64,000 nt of DNA, from positions 41,000 through 104,999 of the forward strand of contig JABWCD010000001.1 of NCBI GenBank assembly GCA_013359265.1, given 5' to 3'. Source of the DNA: Candidatus Hydrogenedentota bacterium (GTDB taxonomy: Bacteria; Hydrogenedentota; Hydrogenedentia; Hydrogenedentales; SLHB01). Every line of letters starts with the position of its first letter. Position 1 is the first letter of the stretch. A program made the position numbers and the translations under genes. The notes under the pieces were generated by a model. That model ran no database searches, was not told the DNA's origin, and worked only from the letters and a program-made list of their open reading frames with translations. Positions 59,655 to 64,000 of this stretch are shown here, piece by piece.

Positions 59655-59683
59655 TTGCCAACGATCTGAAAAAGGATTAACGT
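59655..59683 (+). promoter_or_regulatory. Putative sigma-70 promoter for the DUF1559 gene
   Basis: TTGCCA-17 bp-TAACGT preceded by an A-tract and an AT-rich region. Confidence 0.35.
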
Positions 59684-59923
59684 TTTTGTGGGCAAGTTCG
59701 GGTACACGCAAGCCGGGGTCGGCAACGTCATGTCGGTTTGCGTGCAGGTGAAGGAGGGCGCGCAGGGCAAAACACACACCGTTCAGTACGCTGAGTGTTC
59801 CGTATCATTGCATTTTTCGATTCATGACTACTTGTAATGGGTTCAAAAGGCGATATTGGGGTCGCCGCTCGGTGAAAAAACCGGTGTGCAGACAAAGCAC
59901 ACTTCTCGATGGGGAGAAAGTAG

Positions 59924-61048
59924 ATGAGAGGAAGAGTACGAGGCTTTACGCTGATCGAACTGCTCGTCGTCATCGCGATCATCGCGATTCTCGCGGCAAT
60001 CCTCCTGCCGGCGCTGGCGCGCGCGCGCGAGGCGGCCCGCCGGGCATCGTGCCAGAACAACCTCAAGCAGTTGGGGATTGTCCACAAGATGTTCGCGAAC
60101 GAAGCGTCAGAAAATCGTTGGCCGCAGAACGGTATCGACCACACGAATACCGGCTTCAACGCGACCAAGCGCATGAATGCCTACCACATGTGGAAGGACA
60201 TCATTCCCGAGTACCTGTCGGACATCAAAGTCCTGACCTGCCCGTCGCAGGGTCGCCAGGGCTTGTATGCCGCGACGGAGCTCAACAATGCCCGCAACCT
60301 GAACGCGGGTTGCGATCCGTCGATCGTCACGTATGCCACGACGAACAACGAACGCGACAATCCCTGCTTCGGCAAGACAGGCGTGACCGCGGCGGACATC
60401 GCCACCTATGGCGTCACCGGTTCGCCGCCGGCGCGCTGGTTCAATGGCTGCGACGTTCTCCCGGATCGCTGCCAGGTGCAGCCGCACACCGACCTGGTGA
60501 AGACGGGATACAATGACGTCCGCGCGTACCGTTACTTCGGGTGGGCCATCAATCCCGACTGGATGACGAACCTCGAAGACTACTGGTACGTCGGCATGCT
60601 GTACGCGAAGAATAGCTTGAGCGTCGGCGTAGAGGTTACCGGTGGTACCACCGGCACCAACATCACGCCCGCCGTTTGGTCAAACCGCAACAACGACCGC
60701 ACGTACAACTTGCCGTCCGGTAAGGTGGCATTTGTAGGCCGTCTCCGCGAAGGGCTCGAGCGGTTCTTCATTACCGACATCAATAACCCGGGCGGCAGCG
60801 CGGCGGCACAGTCCAACATCCTCGTGATGGCGGACGAGGCCCGCGCGTACAATGGTTCGGGTCAGGTGTTCGGCGGTTTGGACGGCTCTGGCCGCTTCAA
60901 CCATGTCCCGGGCGGCGTGAACGCCCTGTACATGGATGGTCACGTGGAATGGCTCAAGTATGTCACGCCGGGTGGTCGCACTTGGCACGTCAACGAGTTC
61001 GCATACAAGCGTCCGGCTGGCGTTACCGCGACCCCGGACTTTCCGTAG
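59924..61048 (+). CDS. Prepilin-type N-terminal cleavage/methylation, DUF1559, H-X9-DG protein
   Basis: [51 protein letters not shown]. Confidence 0.93.
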   Translation: MRGRVRGFTLIELLVVIAIIAILAAILLPALARAREAARRASCQNNLKQLGIVHKMFANEASENRWPQNGIDHTNTGFNATKRMNAYHMWKDIIPEYLSDIKVLTCPSQGRQGLYAATELNNARNLNAGCDPSIVTYATTNNERDNPCFGKTGVTAADIATYGVTGSPPARWFNGCDVLPDRCQVQPHTDLVKTGYNDVRAYRYFGWAINPDWMTNLEDYWYVGMLYAKNSLSVGVEVTGGTTGTNITPAVWSNRNNDRTYNLPSGKVAFVGRLREGLERFFITDINNPGGSAAAQSNILVMADEARAYNGSGQVFGGLDGSGRFNHVPGGVNALYMDGHVEWLKYVTPGGRTWHVNEFAYKRPAGVTATPDFP

Positions 61049-61100
61049 GCCGAGTAGTGCTGACCCGATACCAACGCGTGTAGCGTAGTATGAAGTGTGC

Positions 61101-61137
61101 GCGGAGCGCCGGAGTACTTCTGTACTCCGGCCTCCGC
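61101..61137. other. Strong intergenic hairpin
   Basis: gcggag-c-gccggagtac-ttct-gtactccggc-ctccgc. Confidence 0.6.
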
Positions 61138-61156
61138 ATGTCTAAGGAGATGCGTC

Positions 61157-61603
61157 ATGAGGGGCTTGATTCTGGGTACTGCCTTTTGCTTTCTATTCGT
61201 GGCAATGCTTTCTGGCTGTTCAGGCGGGAGCACACCCCTGCAAGAGGAGCAGCGTGACATTTCAGGGATGGCGCCTATACAGGTCCTTTGTGCCGCCGCT
61301 TATGAGGGACAGTTAGACGAAGTGAAGAACCTCCTCGCCGCCGATCCGTCACTCATCAACGCGAAAGGCGAACTCGGCCGCACAGCACTCCATGCTGCGG
61401 CCGGCGGCGGGCAATCGGGCATCGTAGACTATCTGTTGTCGCAAGGTGCCGATCCCACGATTACCGACGAAGACGGCAATTCGCCCGCGAGCGCAGCGCT
61501 CGAATTCGCCCATACGGGAATAGCCAAGACCCTGCGCGAGGCGGAAGTAAAGGCGCTGGAAGCGGGCGGCGCCGCTGCACCGGCCGCGCCACCCGCACAG
61601 TAG
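61157..61603 (+). CDS. Ankyrin-repeat lipoprotein
   Basis: AAGGAG RBS; lipobox LSGC; GRTALHAAA, IVDYLLSQGAD, GNSP. Confidence 0.88.
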   Translation: MRGLILGTAFCFLFVAMLSGCSGGSTPLQEEQRDISGMAPIQVLCAAAYEGQLDEVKNLLAADPSLINAKGELGRTALHAAAGGGQSGIVDYLLSQGADPTITDEDGNSPASAALEFAHTGIAKTLREAEVKALEAGGAAAPAAPPAQ

Positions 61604-61718
61604 GTTTCCCAGCAACCGCGGTATCGCCTTCACGGTACGACGGCGCAGCAAGAGAACGCAGCCGCCGACACCGGCATAGTGCGCTGCATTCTCGTCCCGT
61701 CGTTGCATTCGCTGCATT

Positions 61719-61960
61719 CTCGTTACCAACTTTCCAGTTGGTAACGCGCTCTTGAAAAGCTCCGCTTTGCACTGCGCGCACTCCGGCTGCGGCAACGTGG
61801 CAAGACGGAGCGAAGCAGAGCTTCGCAAGAGCGCGTTCCCAACTGGAAAGTTGGGAACGAGTTAAAACTGGAAGGTTGGGAACGAGTTAAAAAGTCGGGA
61901 ACGAGGAATCAACGAAAGTTGGGAACGAGTTAACGAGGAGATCGAAAGGTTGGGAGCGAG
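61719..61960. repeat. Cluster of family-A REP-like elements (inverted doublet plus tandem partial copies)
   Basis: Inverted long copies 61719-61770 and 61811-61861, then four further GT[TC]GGGA[AG]CGAG units. Confidence 0.88.
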
Positions 61961-61998
61961 GAATCAACGAGGGCATCGAGTTAACTGAGGGGACCATC

Positions 61999-64000
61999 AT
62001 GCTGGTGCGAAGTGTGTACGGTGTAGTTTTGGGCCTGTTGGTGGTGGTTTTCGCGGCCGGGGCGCAGCCGTTTGAACTCACGAAGGCCGTCGTCGTGCGC
62101 GGGAGCGACGATCCCGTTGTCGCGAAGAGCGCAACGATGCTCGTCGAGGAGATCGCGCGGATCAGCGGCGTCACGCTAATCGAGAAGCCGGGCAAACCGG
62201 ACGGTTCCGCGATCGTCGTCGTCCTTGAAAAGGACCTGGCAGGCGTATCCGGCAAACTCCCCAGCGGTCTCACCGTGCCCGCCAAAGCCGAGGGCTACGC
62301 GCTGTGGACCGCCGGCGATCAGGTTTGGATCGTCGGCCATGACCCGCGCGGGGCGCTCTTCGGCGTCGGCCATCTGTTGCGCAAGCTCGAACTGCGCGAC
62401 GGCTCCGTCACGCTTCCCGCACCGCTAAAGGTATCCACCGCGCCCGTCGATCGCATCCGCGGCCATCAACTGGGCTACCGCAACGCGAACAACACGTGGG
62501 ACGCGTGGGACGAGAAGCAGTTCGATCAATACATCCGCGACCTCATCGTTTTCGGTATGAACGCGGTCGAGCTTATCCCCGATTTCGACGAAACGCCGAA
62601 GGAGAGTCCGGTCATGAAGATGACCGCGACGGAAATGAACGAGAAGCTGTGCCACATTATCCATTCCTACGGAATCGACGTCTGGGCGTGGCACGCGCTG
62701 AAGGGGGACGTCGCCGACGCGGCCCTCGCGGAGACGGAACTGGCGCGCAGCCGCGAGGTGTTCAAGCAGTTGCCCGTGCTCGATGCGCTGTTCATTCCCG
62801 GCGGCGATCCGGGCGATACGCTGCCCAAACACCTGATGCCGTTCCTCGAGAAGCTGGTCGCCATCCTGCACGAGGTGCACCCGAAGTGCGAGTTCTGGCT
62901 TTCGACGCAGGGCTTCGAGGACGAGGACAGCGAGTTCTTCTTCAACTATCTCGCGACCCAAAAGCCAAAATGGTTCACGGGGGTCATCTTCGGTCCCTGG
63001 GCCAAGATGAACTTGAAAGAGATTCGCGAACGCACGCCGAAGGAGTACCGCGTGCGCTCGTATCCGGACATCACGCACACCGTGCGCTGCCAGTATCCCG
63101 TGCCGCGTTGGGACCGCGCGTTCGCGCACACGCTGGGCCGCGAACCCGCAAACCCGCGGCCCTTCGCGCAGACCCACATCCACAACGGCGAACTCGACGA
63201 CAGCGAAGGGTTTGTCACCTACTCCGACGGCGTGAACGACGACGTGAACAAAGTCATCTGGACTTCCGTGGGCTGGGACCCGAAGGCCGATATCACCGAA
63301 GTGCTCGAGGACTATGGCCGCTATTTCATCGGCGCGGATTTCGCCGAGCAAACCGCCAAGGGTCTTATCGGCCAGGAAGACAATTGGAAGGGCGCGCTGG
63401 CGGAGAATGCGTCCGTGGATAAGACCCTCGCGCTGTGGCAGGACGTCGAGAAACGTTCGACCGAAAAGGCGCTGAAAGAAAACTGGCGCCTGCAGCAGTG
63501 CCTCATCCGCGCGTATTACGACGCGTACCAGAAGGCGCGGCTCGTCGTGGAAACGGACGCGGAGAAGAAGGCCTACTCGGAACTCGCGAAAGCGCCGCAG
63601 GTGGGCGCGGACAAGGCAATGCAGGCGGCGATCGCGGCGTTGGCCGCGCCGGACAAATCGCCCGCCACGCCGGAACTGAAGCAACGCGTCGAAAAACTCG
63701 GCGACGAACTGTTCCACAGCATCGGCATGCAGTTGCACGTCGAGAAGTACAAGGCCAGCGGCGCCGAGCGCGGCGCGATTCTCGAAGGGTTGGACCGCCC
63801 CCTGAACGACCGTTACTGGTTGCAGGGCCACTTCCTCGAAATTTTCCACGAAAAAGACGAGAAGGTGAAGTTAGATCGAATCAGCAAGGTGATCAATTGG
63901 GAGACGCCCGCACCCGGCGCGCTGTACGACGATCTCGGCAACGGGCGCAAGGAACCGCATCTCGTAATCGCGAACAAGTGGGAAGACGATCCCGGATACG
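61999..64000 (+). CDS. Partial (runs off window) secreted glycoside-hydrolase-like protein with GH20/GH67-type N-terminal domain
   Basis: Not in the ORF track (no stop in window); GAGGGG RBS; signal peptide MLVRSVYGVVLGLLVVVFAAGA; EGY.L...IVGHDPRGALFGVGHLLR; IRGHQLGYR. Confidence 0.8.
   Translation, partial: MLVRSVYGVVLGLLVVVFAAGAQPFELTKAVVVRGSDDPVVAKSATMLVEEIARISGVTLIEKPGKPDGSAIVVVLEKDLAGVSGKLPSGLTVPAKAEGYALWTAGDQVWIVGHDPRGALFGVGHLLRKLELRDGSVTLPAPLKVSTAPVDRIRGHQLGYRNANNTWDAWDEKQFDQYIRDLIVFGMNAVELIPDFDETPKESPVMKMTATEMNEKLCHIIHSYGIDVWAWHALKGDVADAALAETELARSREVFKQLPVLDALFIPGGDPGDTLPKHLMPFLEKLVAILHEVHPKCEFWLSTQGFEDEDSEFFFNYLATQKPKWFTGVIFGPWAKMNLKEIRERTPKEYRVRSYPDITHTVRCQYPVPRWDRAFAHTLGREPANPRPFAQTHIHNGELDDSEGFVTYSDGVNDDVNKVIWTSVGWDPKADITEVLEDYGRYFIGADFAEQTAKGLIGQEDNWKGALAENASVDKTLALWQDVEKRSTEKALKENWRLQQCLIRAYYDAYQKARLVVETDAEKKAYSELAKAPQVGADKAMQAAIAALAAPDKSPATPELKQRVEKLGDELFHSIGMQLHVEKYKASGAERGAILEGLDRPLNDRYWLQGHFLEIFHEKDEKVKLDRISKVINWETPAPGALYDDLGNGRKEPHLVIANKWEDDPGY

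Noticed and set aside
59690..59790. c-di-GMP-I riboswitch (GGCAA...ACGCAAG, CAGGGCAAA fragments)
   Set aside because: Lacks the GAAA-loop P2 stem and the correct motif order
61811..61985. Possible CRISPR array
   Set aside because: Units are about 12 bp with short, irregular, partly repeated linkers; no cas genes; the motif is a dispersed REP-like repeat

Overview
A GC-rich bacterial chromosomal window. Its gene repertoire (prepilin-type DUF1559/H-X9-DG proteins, DUF1549/DUF1553 plus DUF1501, DUF1080, many secreted carbohydrate-active proteins) suggests Candidatus Hydrogenedentes or a PVC-like lineage; this is an inference. It carries a pstSCAB-B-phoU operon, a flavin monooxygenase/Rieske/PfpI/TenA operon, NfeD-flotillin, tadA, a sigma-70 factor, apt, a PGM/PMM, glnK-amtB under a consensus sigma-54 promoter, and several REP-like repeat families. 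The standout is a lipid PKS cluster (30483-40875, minus strand): FAAL, then ACP-KS-AT-KR-ACP-sulfotransferase-TE, a second TE and an Sfp-type PPTase. It has the cyanobacterial olefin-synthase (Ols/CurM) layout and a CurM-like sulfotransferase. However, the decarboxylating CurM-type TE is replaced by two paralogous NRPS-type TEs, pointing to an undescribed sulfated-lipid or sulfate-activated product. Other notable signals are two PstB ATPases with complementary degenerate motifs (predicted asymmetric heterodimer) and a wHTH gene paired with what looks like a catalytically dead Type IIG restriction-modification-like protein. No rRNA, tRNA, CRISPR array or transposase was recognised. All family assignments are from motif recognition, not database searches.
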